The position numbers and the translations under genes are program-made. Below are positions 10,923 to 20,844 of a stretch of 64,000 nucleotides of DNA, piece by piece. How positions within the stretch are numbered: position 1 is the stretch's first letter; each line of letters starts with the position of its first letter. The stretch lies in assembly GCA_965221165.1 (NCBI GenBank), contig CBDCRP010000002.1:1152001-1216000 (forward strand), given 5' to 3'. Under the pieces are notes generated by a model, which was given only the letters and a program-made list of their open reading frames with translations, was not told the origin of the DNA and searched no databases. The stretch is from a bacterium. Its GTDB lineage: Bacteria > UBA8248.

Positions 10923-11157
10923 AAAATCCCCTCGCGCAATAGCATATATTCATAGTATTTTATGTGGTGGTGATGGAAAGTTACCCACTAAACGAAGAGG
11001 TGGCTCCAAGAGGACATTCTCTGAGCTTCATTCAAGGAAATGAGTCCGGACTCCGGCGCTCCTCTCCGCATCACCCGAAGAAAACCAGGCCGCGGCGACA
11101 GCGCCGCGCGCCCGAATTGGTGAGCCTGCCGCCGTACTCAACCGTGATGCCAAGGCG

Positions 11158-13449
11158 ATGACTCCCGTGCAATTGGACCGCTATATCAACGCCATTCTTC
11201 GCCATCGGTGGCCGGCAGTCGCGCTCGCCACGCTGCTCTTGCTGATCACGGGAGCGGGCGTGCGCTTCATCACCTTCACGAACGACTACCGCATCATGTT
11301 CGGCGAAGATAACCCACAGCTCGCCGCTTTCAACGCGCTGGAGAACACCTTCTCCACATCCAACATGGCGCTCATCGCCGTCGCGCCCCGAGGGGGCTCG
11401 GTGTTCACCAAGAAGGCGCTCGTCGCGCTCGAGGAGTTGACAAATTCCGCGTGGAAGACGCCGCACTCGATCCGGGTCGACTCCCTCACGAACTATACCC
11501 ACAGCCGGGCGGAGGGGGATGACTTGATCGTCGAGCCGCTCGTCGATGACGCAAGCGCGCTCCGTGACGCCGACGTCGCGAGAATCCGGAAAATCGCGCT
11601 CAGCGCCACAGAAATCGCCGGGCGCCTCGTCTCCCGCGACGGGCGCGTGGGCGGGCTGGCGATCACTTTCGTCCTGCCCGACAACATGGACGCCGCAGTG
11701 ATCGAGATAACCGATTATCTGAACGGCCTTTTGAAGAAGGCTCGCGTGAAACACCCGGACATCGCCTACTACCTGAGCGGCGACGTGATCCTGAATCGCG
11801 CCTTCGCCGAGGCAACCTACGATGATTTCGTCACCCTGGGGCCAATCGTGTTTCTCATGATCATCGTCACCACCACCCTTCTCCTTCGCTCGCTTCTCGG
11901 CACGGTATCCATCATCGCCGTGATCGGGTTCGTCGTCATAAATACGCTGGGGTTCGCGGGCTGGCTCGGCACGGTGTTCAGCCCCGCCAACGCCGGCGTG
12001 CCGACCATCATCATGGCGACATGCGTCGCCCATTCGGTCCACATCATCACGACCACTCTGCTGGGCATGGGCCATGGGCGGAGCAAGAATGCGGCGATTG
12101 CCGAATCGCTTCGCAGCAACGCCTGGCCGGTGTTTCTGACCTCGCTCACGACCGCTATCGGATTCTTGAGTCTGAACTACTCGGATTCGCCTCCCTTTCG
12201 CATTCTGGGCAATCTCGTGGCGCTCGGCGTGCTGTGCGCCTTCGTCTACTCGATGACCCTGCTGCCGGCGCTGCTTTCGATTCTGCCGTTGCGCGTGCGC
12301 CGAATTCCCTCCGATAAATCCCTCTTCTTCGATCGCTTCGGCGCTTTTGTGGTCAAACGCCGCGCGTTTCTCCTCTGGTTCGTCGCCATCCTGACGGCTG
12401 TTCTCATCACCGGCATTCCCCGCAACGAGTTGACGCACAGATGGGCGAACTATTTCGACGAGCGCTACCAGTTCCGGCGCGATGCGGATTTCATCTTTGA
12501 AAACCTGACCAGCCTGAATTTCCTGGAATACGCGCTGAAAGCGGGGCGCGAAGGCGGCATCACCGACCCCGAATACCTGAAAAAAGTCGAGACCTTCGCC
12601 GGATGGTTCCGGGAACAACCCGAAGTGAGCCACGTCCGGGCTTTTTCGGACATCATGAAGCGTCTGAACAAGAACATGCACGGCGATAACCCGGCTTTCT
12701 ACAAAGTGCCTGAGAATCCCGAGCTCGCCGCGCAATATCTGCTGCTTTACGAATTCTCGCTTCCATTCGGAAGCGACTTGAACAACCGCATCGACGTCGC
12801 CAAATCCACGACGAGGATGAGCGTCGTGGTCCGCAGCCGCTCCTCCCGGGACCAACGCGAACTCGACGAGCGCGCCCAAGCCTGGCTCCGCGCCAACATA
12901 CCTGAATTCGCGGCCGAAGCGTCGGGCATCACCATGATCTTCGCCCACCTCACCCTGCGAAACATCCACGGCATGCTGCGCGGCACGATCATGGCCATGC
13001 TGCTGATCTCTTTCCTTCTGATCTGGGTTTTCAAAAGCGTTCGCCTCGGCCTCATCAGCCTCGTGCCGAACTTCATTCCCGCCGCCATGACCTTCGGACT
13101 GTGGGGCTATCTGGTCGGCCAGGTGGGTCTCGCCGGCTCGGTGATGACCGCCATCGCGTTCGGAATCATCGTGGACGATACGATTCACTTTATGAGCAGA
13201 TATCTGAAAGCCCGCCGTTTGGGTCTCCCGGCACCCGATGCCGTGCGCGCCGCCTTTCGAATCGTAGGCCAGGCGCTATGGACGACGACTGCGGTCTTGT
13301 CGCTGAGCTTCCTGGTGTTCGCCTCATCGGGATTCGAGGTCAGTTGGGCGCTCGGCCTGATGGTGTCGATCACGATTATCTTCGCGCTCTTGACTGATTT
13401 TCTGCTTCTGCCGACTCTACTGATGGCCATCGATCGGAAGGACCAATGA
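11158..13449 (+). CDS. MMPL/RND family transporter, paralog 1
   Basis: 763 aa; two TM repeats with large periplasmic loops; TSLTTAIGFLSL and GIIVDDTIHF motifs. Confidence 0.9.
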   Translation: MTPVQLDRYINAILRHRWPAVALATLLLLITGAGVRFITFTNDYRIMFGEDNPQLAAFNALENTFSTSNMALIAVAPRGGSVFTKKALVALEELTNSAWKTPHSIRVDSLTNYTHSRAEGDDLIVEPLVDDASALRDADVARIRKIALSATEIAGRLVSRDGRVGGLAITFVLPDNMDAAVIEITDYLNGLLKKARVKHPDIAYYLSGDVILNRAFAEATYDDFVTLGPIVFLMIIVTTTLLLRSLLGTVSIIAVIGFVVINTLGFAGWLGTVFSPANAGVPTIIMATCVAHSVHIITTTLLGMGHGRSKNAAIAESLRSNAWPVFLTSLTTAIGFLSLNYSDSPPFRILGNLVALGVLCAFVYSMTLLPALLSILPLRVRRIPSDKSLFFDRFGAFVVKRRAFLLWFVAILTAVLITGIPRNELTHRWANYFDERYQFRRDADFIFENLTSLNFLEYALKAGREGGITDPEYLKKVETFAGWFREQPEVSHVRAFSDIMKRLNKNMHGDNPAFYKVPENPELAAQYLLLYEFSLPFGSDLNNRIDVAKSTTRMSVVVRSRSSRDQRELDERAQAWLRANIPEFAAEASGITMIFAHLTLRNIHGMLRGTIMAMLLISFLLIWVFKSVRLGLISLVPNFIPAAMTFGLWGYLVGQVGLAGSVMTAIAFGIIVDDTIHFMSRYLKARRLGLPAPDAVRAAFRIVGQALWTTTAVLSLSFLVFASSGFEVSWALGLMVSITIIFALLTDFLLLPTLLMAIDRKDQ

Positions 13450-13489
13450 CGCATGCTCATCTAGCCGGAGCAAAGGGAAGATCACGCGT

Positions 13490-13557
13490 GAATCCTCGCC
13501 GGAGGAACGGAGGGCGAACGAGGAAAGCAGAAAAATCCATCCGGGGATCGGCTGAAA
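13490..13557 (+). repeat. livF 3'-end repeat, copy 2 (degenerate, non-coding)
   Basis: GAATCCTCGCCGGAGGAACGGAGGGCGAACGAGGAAAGCAGAAAAATCCATCCGGGGATCGGCTGAAA. Confidence 0.85.
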
Positions 13558-13689
13558 TGCATATTGCACTGATGAACGAATTTGATAAGATGTCAAGGAA
13601 ATGGGAAGAAGTCGTAAGGAGCCGTGAAACAAATATTTGCAGGTACGCATTTAAGAGGGTATCTTAACGGCTTTTCGAAAGAATGCCCG

Positions 13690-13923
13690 GAAAGAAGGGC
13701 TTTCGTCGCCCGAGACCGTGCGTTCGGTCTTTCGCACCATAGGTCATGCGTTATGTATGACAACCGCTGTTTTTGCCCTGGGTTTCATGGCTTTCGCCGC
13801 ATGGGATTGACAAATAACAGGGCGCTCGGCCTCCTGTTCGGGATAACGATTGTTATCGCGCTCCTGGCCGATTTTCTGCTTCTGCCGACCCTGCTGATGG
13901 CCATCGACCGGAGGGAACCATGA
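13690..13923 (+). pseudogene. Degenerate 3' fragment of a third MMPL gene
   Basis: Frameshifted pieces read GLSSPETVRSVFRTIGHALCMTTA ... ALGLLFGITIVIALLADFLLLPTLLMAIDRREP, homologous to the C-termini of both full MMPL genes. Confidence 0.8.
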
Positions 13924-14767
13924 TGCGCGCTCGTCTCGCCCGCTCGATTCTCCCGCTTCTCGCGCTTTGCGCGCTTATTCTGGTCCACCTGCCCGCCCCG
14001 CCGAGCGCCGAGGGCGCGACGCCCGAGGAAAAAGGGCTCCGGATCGCGCGCGAGACCCGCGAGAAAGCGAAAGGCTTCGGGAATTTCACGGCCGAGCAGA
14101 GCATGGCGCTGCGCAACAAGCACGGGCAGGAGAGCCGGCGCCGGCTCCGCGTGAAGGTGCTCGAGACGGACGGAGGAGGCAACAAGAGCCTGTTCGTCTT
14201 CGACCGCCCGCGCGACGTCAAGGGCACCGCGCTCCTCGTCCACACCCACAAGAAGAAGAACGACGACCAATGGCTCTTCCTGCCCGCTCTCAAACGGGTC
14301 AAGCGCATCAGTTCGTCGAACCAGTCCGGCTCCTTCATGGGAAGCGAATTCGCCTATGAGGACATGGGCACCCGGGAGGTGGAGAAATACACCTACCGCT
14401 ACCTGCGAGAGGAGCCTTGCGGCAAGCTGACGTGTACGGTCGTCGAACGCTTCCCGGTGAGCAAGAGGTCGGGCTACCGGCGCCAGATCGTCTGGCAGGA
14501 CAAGGGCGAGCTTCGCGCCTGGAAGGTGTGGTACTACGACCGTAAGAACGCTCACCTGAAGACGCTCACGCTGGGGAAATACAAGCAGTATCTGGGCAAG
14601 TACTGGCAGGCCGGCGAAATGAAGATGGTGAACCACCTGACGGGCAAGAGCACCGTGCTGCGCTGGAAGGACTACAAGTTCCGCACCAGACTCAAAGACC
14701 GCGACTTCACACGGACCGGGCTGAAACGGGTGCGCTGATGCCGCTGCGCGCCGCCCTTCACCGCACG
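13856..14767 (+). repeat. 912-bp direct repeat, copy A
   Basis: Appears identical to 19933-20844 (offset 6077); identical translations in all ORF frames. Confidence 0.9.
13920..14738 (+). CDS. LolA-like outer membrane lipoprotein-sorting protein, copy 1
   Basis: Signal peptide; P.DVKGTALL, DDQWLFLPALKRVKRI and SFMGSEFAYED motifs of the LolA_like family; ATGA overlap with the MMPL end. Confidence 0.88.
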   Translation: MMRARLARSILPLLALCALILVHLPAPPSAEGATPEEKGLRIARETREKAKGFGNFTAEQSMALRNKHGQESRRRLRVKVLETDGGGNKSLFVFDRPRDVKGTALLVHTHKKKNDDQWLFLPALKRVKRISSSNQSGSFMGSEFAYEDMGTREVEKYTYRYLREEPCGKLTCTVVERFPVSKRSGYRRQIVWQDKGELRAWKVWYYDRKNAHLKTLTLGKYKQYLGKYWQAGEMKMVNHLTGKSTVLRWKDYKFRTRLKDRDFTRTGLKRVR

Positions 14768-15994
14768 GTGCTCTTCGCCGTCTTGATATCGGCCGTGCTC
14801 CTTCTCACCGGGGCGAGCCACGGGGCCGAAAGCATCGAGCACGAAATTTCCGGCAGCCTGGACCTCGAGAGCCGGTGGTATCCCCAAAAAGGCGCTCATG
14901 CCGAACAGCGCGCACACGCGAGCGGTTTCGTCGCGGAGCCGAAACTCCATCTCAAAGGCGAGGGCGACTGGAGTCTCACGATCGCGCCGTTTTTTCGCTA
15001 CGACGGGGCGGACTCGCGCCGCACCCACGCCGATTTGCGCGAAGCCTACTTTCTGGCGTTCGGTGAAATCGGCGACGGGGAATGGGAGCTCCGCCTGGGC
15101 GTGGACCGCGTGTTCTGGGGAGTCACCGAATCGCAACACTTGGTCGACATCATCAACCAGACCGACTTAGTCGAGCATCCGAACAAAGAAAGCAAACTGG
15201 GCCAACCCATGGCCCACCTCACCTGGTCGGCGGAGTGGGGCATCCTGGAATTCTTCACCCTGACCTATCACCGCGCGCGCATCTTCCCGGGCCGCCATGG
15301 CCGTCTGCGCTCCTCGATTCTCATAGACGACGAGCACGTTTCATACGAAAGCGCCGCCGGGGAATGGCGCATGGACCTCGCCGCCCGCTACAGCCACAGC
15401 TTCGGACCTTTCGACATTGGCCTGAGCGTATTCGACGGCACCAGCCGGGAGCCTTTTTTCATGCCGCACATGGACTCTCGCGGCGCGGTGACCTTAAGCC
15501 AGCACTACGAGCAGATCCGCCAGTTCAGCGTGGACGCACAGCTTACCGTGGAGTCCTGGTTGTTCAAACTCGAGGCCCTTCAGCGCGAAGGCGCCCGAAA
15601 TCTCCTGGGCGTGAAAGAGGACTACACCGCTTTCGTCATGGGCGGCGAATACACCTTCAACTCCATCTGGGGCTCGGCCGCCGACCTCGGCCTGCTCGCC
15701 GAATGGAATTACGACGAGCGGGGACTGCGTTCGACCAATGAATTCCAGAACGACCTCTTTTTCGCCGTTCGCCTGGCGCTGAACGACACCCAGAGCACGG
15801 AAATCATCGCCGGCGTTCTCGCGGACGCGGATCATACCACGCGCACCCTGAACATCGAATTGAGACGCCGCCTCTCGGACCGGTGGTCTCTGAAGCTCGA
15901 GGCGCTCGCTCTCATGGACGTCGACGAAGAGGACACCGTCTATGAGACTCGGCGAGACAGCTTCTTGGCGCTGAACGTGACGTACAATTTCTAG
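14738..15994 (+). CDS. Putative outer-membrane beta-barrel protein
   Basis: Signal peptide; DLREAY and FWGVTES.HLVDIINQTD motifs; alternating beta pattern; C-terminal aromatic YNF. Confidence 0.75.
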   Translation: MPLRAALHRTVLFAVLISAVLLLTGASHGAESIEHEISGSLDLESRWYPQKGAHAEQRAHASGFVAEPKLHLKGEGDWSLTIAPFFRYDGADSRRTHADLREAYFLAFGEIGDGEWELRLGVDRVFWGVTESQHLVDIINQTDLVEHPNKESKLGQPMAHLTWSAEWGILEFFTLTYHRARIFPGRHGRLRSSILIDDEHVSYESAAGEWRMDLAARYSHSFGPFDIGLSVFDGTSREPFFMPHMDSRGAVTLSQHYEQIRQFSVDAQLTVESWLFKLEALQREGARNLLGVKEDYTAFVMGGEYTFNSIWGSAADLGLLAEWNYDERGLRSTNEFQNDLFFAVRLALNDTQSTEIIAGVLADADHTTRTLNIELRRRLSDRWSLKLEALALMDVDEEDTVYETRRDSFLALNVTYNF

Positions 15995-16124
15995 AGCAGA
16001 TATTTCTTGCCTCTGTGCCCTATTGAGTTGCCCCGTTTCGGTGGGCGCCTTCAGACTGTGCGCAGGAGGTGTTCAGATGCCGAAAACCCATCTCGCCTGA
16101 GGAAAAGGACTGAAACTCACGAGT

Positions 16125-16194
16125 GAATCCTCGCCGGGGAATTGCGGGCGAACGAGGAAGCCGGAAAACCCATCCGGGAATCGGCTGAAAAATC
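16125..16194 (+). repeat. livF 3'-end repeat, copy 3 (degenerate, non-coding)
   Basis: GAATCCTCGCCGGGGAATTGCGGGCGAACGAGGAAGCCGGAAAACCCATCCGGGAATCGGCTGAAAAATC. Confidence 0.85.
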
Positions 16195-16417
16195 TCACAG
16201 AAAAAAATAGATTGATGGTATATTGAACAAACTGTAAAGAAATGATAAGGAAAACTTGAACAAACGAGTGCAGGCTCTACCTTCACGAGGGCATTCTCTG
16301 AGTTATATCTACGCTGACGAGTTCACGATCTTGACTTTTTGCAAGACGGATTCATATTTCTAAAGTATTGTAGATTCGTGAACTCATGGAGCTAACCTTC
16401 GGAGAGGGTCTGATAAG

Positions 16418-17584
16418 ATGACGGAAGTCCCATCGGCATACGTTGAGGGTTACGAGAAGAAGGTTCTTCCCCACGATAAAGCCGCGGCCGACAACTATAT
16501 CAAGCACACCATGATTGGCGACCCCGTGATGGACGAGCTCATGGAGGAACTCTCCTCGTTGCCTCCCAGGAACCTGCATCGGTTCGTCGAGGCCGGCATA
16601 GAACAACAGGATGAGACTCTGGCGGTTGCGCCAAAAATCCTGCGCGATTTCTTCAACAACTTCGAAGAACCTCCCTGGCTCGACTACAAAGCCTTCCAGC
16701 CGGGGATTCGCTCCTTTAACGTAAACGTAGACCTCATGCTCACCGCATTCGTTACGGGAGTGCTGGTGGAGGGCTTCTCGACGCTTATCGCCAAGTCTTT
16801 CTCGATTACCGGGCGAGTGGCGATGACCAAAAGACGCCTCCAGCAGAACAACCGCCACATGATGGAGATATTTTTCCCGGGCGGCATGCTGAGAAACGGC
16901 GATGGATGGAAGCTGTCCATGCGGATTCGCTTCATTCATGCCCGAATAAGGCACTTGCTGAATCAATCCGAGGATTGGGACCACGGAGCCTGGGGCGCGC
17001 CGGTGAGCTCGGCGCACCTGGGTTTCGCCATCTCCGTCTTCTCCATGCGCCTGTTGGAATACTCGATGGCGGTGGGCGCGCGCTACAACGAGGAAGAACA
17101 AGAAAGCGTTCTCGCCATTTGGCGCTACGCCGGCTATCTCATGGGGATACCCGAAACCATCCTCTATACCACCAGCGCAGAGGCGCAAAAAACATACGAG
17201 ATCGGCTATATGTGCGAACCCCGGGCGGACGCCGACTCGGTAGCCGTGGCGAATACTTTGATCACGTCCATTCCGATAGTCGCGGGCGTAGCGGATCCGG
17301 ATGAGCAGAAAGAGTTGACGAATCTGGCCTACCGCCTTTCGCGGTCGTTGATTGGAAAAGACCTCGCCGAACAGTTCGAATTTCCGAAGTTCTCTTTCTT
17401 TGAAAACGCGACGACCCTGTTGAGTTTCCGGCTGAAACAACGCATCCAGCGATTTCTGAAAAACAAACAGTTCGTCAGATCACAAAATTTTTCCCAGCTG
17501 ATCCAAATCTCGGTGTACGACGAAGGCGGGCTGAGTTACAAGATGCCCGACCACGTATACACGGCAAAATCAAGCGACTGGTAA
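16418..17584 (+). CDS. MpaB/DUF2236 (latex-clearing-protein-like) oxygenase family protein
   Basis: GDPVMD, PPWLD, GWKLSMRIRFIHARIR (putative heme His), WGAPVS and WRYAGYLMGI motifs. Confidence 0.8.
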   Translation: MTEVPSAYVEGYEKKVLPHDKAAADNYIKHTMIGDPVMDELMEELSSLPPRNLHRFVEAGIEQQDETLAVAPKILRDFFNNFEEPPWLDYKAFQPGIRSFNVNVDLMLTAFVTGVLVEGFSTLIAKSFSITGRVAMTKRRLQQNNRHMMEIFFPGGMLRNGDGWKLSMRIRFIHARIRHLLNQSEDWDHGAWGAPVSSAHLGFAISVFSMRLLEYSMAVGARYNEEEQESVLAIWRYAGYLMGIPETILYTTSAEAQKTYEIGYMCEPRADADSVAVANTLITSIPIVAGVADPDEQKELTNLAYRLSRSLIGKDLAEQFEFPKFSFFENATTLLSFRLKQRIQRFLKNKQFVRSQNFSQLIQISVYDEGGLSYKMPDHVYTAKSSDW

Positions 17585-17702
17585 GCGATGCCCTTGTTGT
17601 GGCGCGCCCGTTTCCATCCGTCAAAGGAAAGCCTGGTCGCGTCGATGGCGCCGCGCGCTCGAATCGGTGAGCCCCTAGCCGCACCCTGCCCGTGATACCC
17701 AA

Positions 17703-20000
17703 GTGACGACTCTCGTGCCATTGGACCGCTATATAGACGCCATTCTGCGCCATCGGTGGCTGGTCGTCGCGCTCGCCACGCTGCTCATGCTGATCACGGC
17801 GGGGGGCGGGCGCTTCATCAAGACCACGAACGATTACCGCATCATGTTCGGCGAAAACAATCCGCAACTCGCCGCTTTCAACGCGCTCGAGAACACCTTC
17901 TCCACGTCCGACACGGCGCTCATCGCCATCGCGCCCCGAAAAGGATCGGTGTTCACCAAAGAGGCGCTCGGCGCCATCGAGGATCTGACCGATGCCGCGT
18001 GGAAAACGCCGCATTCCAGCCGGGTCGACTCCCTCACCAACTATTCCCACAGCCGGGCGGAGGGGGATGATCTGATCGTCGAGCCGCTCGTAGACGACGC
18101 GAGCGCGCTTACAGACGCCGACCTCGGGCGAATCGGGAAAATCGCGCTCGGCGCAAGCGAAATCGCCGGGCGCCTCGTCTCCCGCGATGGACGCGTGGGA
18201 GCTCTGGCCGTCACTTTCATCCTGCCTGACAACCTAGACGCCGCGGTGATCGAGATAAACGACTATCTGAACGCCGTTTTGAAGGTGGCGCGCGCGAAAC
18301 ATCCGGACATCGCCTATTACCTGACCGGCGACGTCGTCATGCACCGCGCCTTCTCCGACGCCACGAAAGACGATCTCGAAATCCTCACGCCGATCGTGTT
18401 CGTCATCATCGTAGCCACCACCATACTCCTCCTGCGATCCGTGCTCGGCACCTTGTCCATCATCATCGCGCTCGTGTTCATCGTCATGAACACCATGGGG
18501 GTCGCAGGCTGGCTCGGCACGGTGTTCAGCCCCGCCAATTCCGGCGTACCGATCATTATTATGGCGGTCTCCGTCGCCCATTCGGTCCATATCGTCACGG
18601 CCACGCTGATGGGCATGGGCAATGGTCTGGACAGGAACGCGGCGATCGCGGAATCGTTTCGAGAGAACGTCTGGCCCGTGTTCCTGACCTCGATCACGAC
18701 CATGATCGGATTTTTGAGCCTGAACGCCTCGGATTCGCCGCCTTTTCACGTCCTCGGCAATTTCGTGGCGTTCGGCGTGCTGTGCGCCTTCGTCTACTCC
18801 ATGACGCTTCTGCCGGCATTGCTTTCCATCCTGCCGCTGCGCGCGCCTCGCCGCCGCGCCGAGGGGTCCGGCTTTTTCGATCGCTTCGGCACTTTCGTCG
18901 TCGAGCGCCGCACGCCTCTGCTCTGGTTCGTCGCCATTCTGACGATTGTTCTCATCAGCGGCATTCCCCGCAACGAGTTGACCGACAGATGGGCGCACTA
19001 TTTCGACGAGCGCTACGAGTTCCGGCGCGATACGGATTTCGTCATCAAAAACCTGACCGGCGTGGATTCGCTGGAATACGCGCTGAAAGCGGGACGCGAA
19101 GGCGGCATCACCGACCCCGCATACCTAAAAAAAGTCGACGCCTTCGCAGAATGGTACAGGAAGCAGCCCCAAGTGAGCCACGTCCGGGCCTTCCCGGACA
19201 TCATGAAGCGCCTGAACAAGAACATGCACGGGGATAATCCGAAATTCTACCGGATACCGGACAACCCCAGACTCGCCGCGCAATACCTGTTGCTCTATGA
19301 ATTCTCGCTTCCCTTCGGCAGCGACTTGAACAACCGCATCGACGTCGCCAAATCCACGACGAGGATGAGCGTCGTGGTCCGCAGCATATCCTCCCGGGAC
19401 CACCGCGATCTCGACGCGCGCGCCCAAGCCTGGCTCCGCGCCAACATACCCGAATTCGCTACCGAAGCTTCGGGCATCAGCATGATCTTCGCCCACCTTT
19501 CCCAACGAAACATCCACAGCATGCTGCGCGGCACGATTATCGCCATGGCCCTTATTTCGTTCATTTTGATACTGGTTTTCAAAAGCGTTCGCCTGGGCCT
19601 CATCAGCCTCGTGCCCAACTTCATTCCCGCCGCCATGAGCTTCGGCCTGTGGGGTCATCTGGTCGGCCGGGTAGGTATCGCCTCCTCGGTCGTCGTCGCC
19701 ATCGCCTTCGGGATCATCGTGGACGACACGATTCATTTTCTAAGCAAATATCTGAAATGCCGCCGTGAGGAGGGTCTCTCCCCGCCTGATGCAGTACGCG
19801 CCACCTTCAACACCGTAGGTCATGCGCTGTGGACTACGACCGCGGTTTTATCGTTGGGCTTTCTGGTGTTTGCTTTCTCGGGATTCGAACTCAGTTGGTC
19901 ACTCGGCCTTCTGGTCGGGATCACGCTCGTCTTCGCGCTCCTGGCCGATTTTCTGCTTCTGCCGACCCTGCTGATGGCCATCGACCGGAGGGAACCATGA
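17703..20000 (+). CDS. MMPL/RND family transporter, paralog 2
   Basis: 765 aa; colinear with and highly similar to 11158-13449; GIIVDDTIHF. Confidence 0.9.
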   Translation: MTTLVPLDRYIDAILRHRWLVVALATLLMLITAGGGRFIKTTNDYRIMFGENNPQLAAFNALENTFSTSDTALIAIAPRKGSVFTKEALGAIEDLTDAAWKTPHSSRVDSLTNYSHSRAEGDDLIVEPLVDDASALTDADLGRIGKIALGASEIAGRLVSRDGRVGALAVTFILPDNLDAAVIEINDYLNAVLKVARAKHPDIAYYLTGDVVMHRAFSDATKDDLEILTPIVFVIIVATTILLLRSVLGTLSIIIALVFIVMNTMGVAGWLGTVFSPANSGVPIIIMAVSVAHSVHIVTATLMGMGNGLDRNAAIAESFRENVWPVFLTSITTMIGFLSLNASDSPPFHVLGNFVAFGVLCAFVYSMTLLPALLSILPLRAPRRRAEGSGFFDRFGTFVVERRTPLLWFVAILTIVLISGIPRNELTDRWAHYFDERYEFRRDTDFVIKNLTGVDSLEYALKAGREGGITDPAYLKKVDAFAEWYRKQPQVSHVRAFPDIMKRLNKNMHGDNPKFYRIPDNPRLAAQYLLLYEFSLPFGSDLNNRIDVAKSTTRMSVVVRSISSRDHRDLDARAQAWLRANIPEFATEASGISMIFAHLSQRNIHSMLRGTIIAMALISFILILVFKSVRLGLISLVPNFIPAAMSFGLWGHLVGRVGIASSVVVAIAFGIIVDDTIHFLSKYLKCRREEGLSPPDAVRATFNTVGHALWTTTAVLSLGFLVFAFSGFELSWSLGLLVGITLVFALLADFLLLPTLLMAIDRREP

Positions 20001-20844
20001 TGCGCGCTCGTCTCGCCCGCTCGATTCTCCCGCTTCTCGCGCTTTGCGCGCTTATTCTGGTCCACCTGCCCGCCCCGCCGAGCGCCGAGGGCGCGACGCC
20101 CGAGGAAAAAGGGCTCCGGATCGCGCGCGAGACCCGCGAGAAAGCGAAAGGCTTCGGGAATTTCACGGCCGAGCAGAGCATGGCGCTGCGCAACAAGCAC
20201 GGGCAGGAGAGCCGGCGCCGGCTCCGCGTGAAGGTGCTCGAGACGGACGGAGGAGGCAACAAGAGCCTGTTCGTCTTCGACCGCCCGCGCGACGTCAAGG
20301 GCACCGCGCTCCTCGTCCACACCCACAAGAAGAAGAACGACGACCAATGGCTCTTCCTGCCCGCTCTCAAACGGGTCAAGCGCATCAGTTCGTCGAACCA
20401 GTCCGGCTCCTTCATGGGAAGCGAATTCGCCTATGAGGACATGGGCACCCGGGAGGTGGAGAAATACACCTACCGCTACCTGCGAGAGGAGCCTTGCGGC
20501 AAGCTGACGTGTACGGTCGTCGAACGCTTCCCGGTGAGCAAGAGGTCGGGCTACCGGCGCCAGATCGTCTGGCAGGACAAGGGCGAGCTTCGCGCCTGGA
20601 AGGTGTGGTACTACGACCGTAAGAACGCTCACCTGAAGACGCTCACGCTGGGGAAATACAAGCAGTATCTGGGCAAGTACTGGCAGGCCGGCGAAATGAA
20701 GATGGTGAACCACCTGACGGGCAAGAGCACCGTGCTGCGCTGGAAGGACTACAAGTTCCGCACCAGACTCAAAGACCGCGACTTCACACGGACCGGGCTG
20801 AAACGGGTGCGCTGATGCCGCTGCGCGCCGCCCTTCACCGCACG
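19933..20844 (+). repeat. 912-bp direct repeat, copy B
   Basis: Appears identical to 13856-14767. Confidence 0.9.
19997..20815 (+). CDS. LolA-like outer membrane lipoprotein-sorting protein, copy 2
   Basis: Protein identical to 13920-14738; start set at ATG 19997 by analogy. Confidence 0.88.
   Translation: MMRARLARSILPLLALCALILVHLPAPPSAEGATPEEKGLRIARETREKAKGFGNFTAEQSMALRNKHGQESRRRLRVKVLETDGGGNKSLFVFDRPRDVKGTALLVHTHKKKNDDQWLFLPALKRVKRISSSNQSGSFMGSEFAYEDMGTREVEKYTYRYLREEPCGKLTCTVVERFPVSKRSGYRRQIVWQDKGELRAWKVWYYDRKNAHLKTLTLGKYKQYLGKYWQAGEMKMVNHLTGKSTVLRWKDYKFRTRLKDRDFTRTGLKRVR

Noticed and set aside
13624-13923. 99-aa ORF as an independent gene
   Set aside because: It is the frameshifted remnant of an MMPL 3' end
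13856-20844. 912-bp direct repeats as IS ends of a composite transposon
   Set aside because: The repeat encodes a LolA-like protein and has no transposase or terminal inverted repeats
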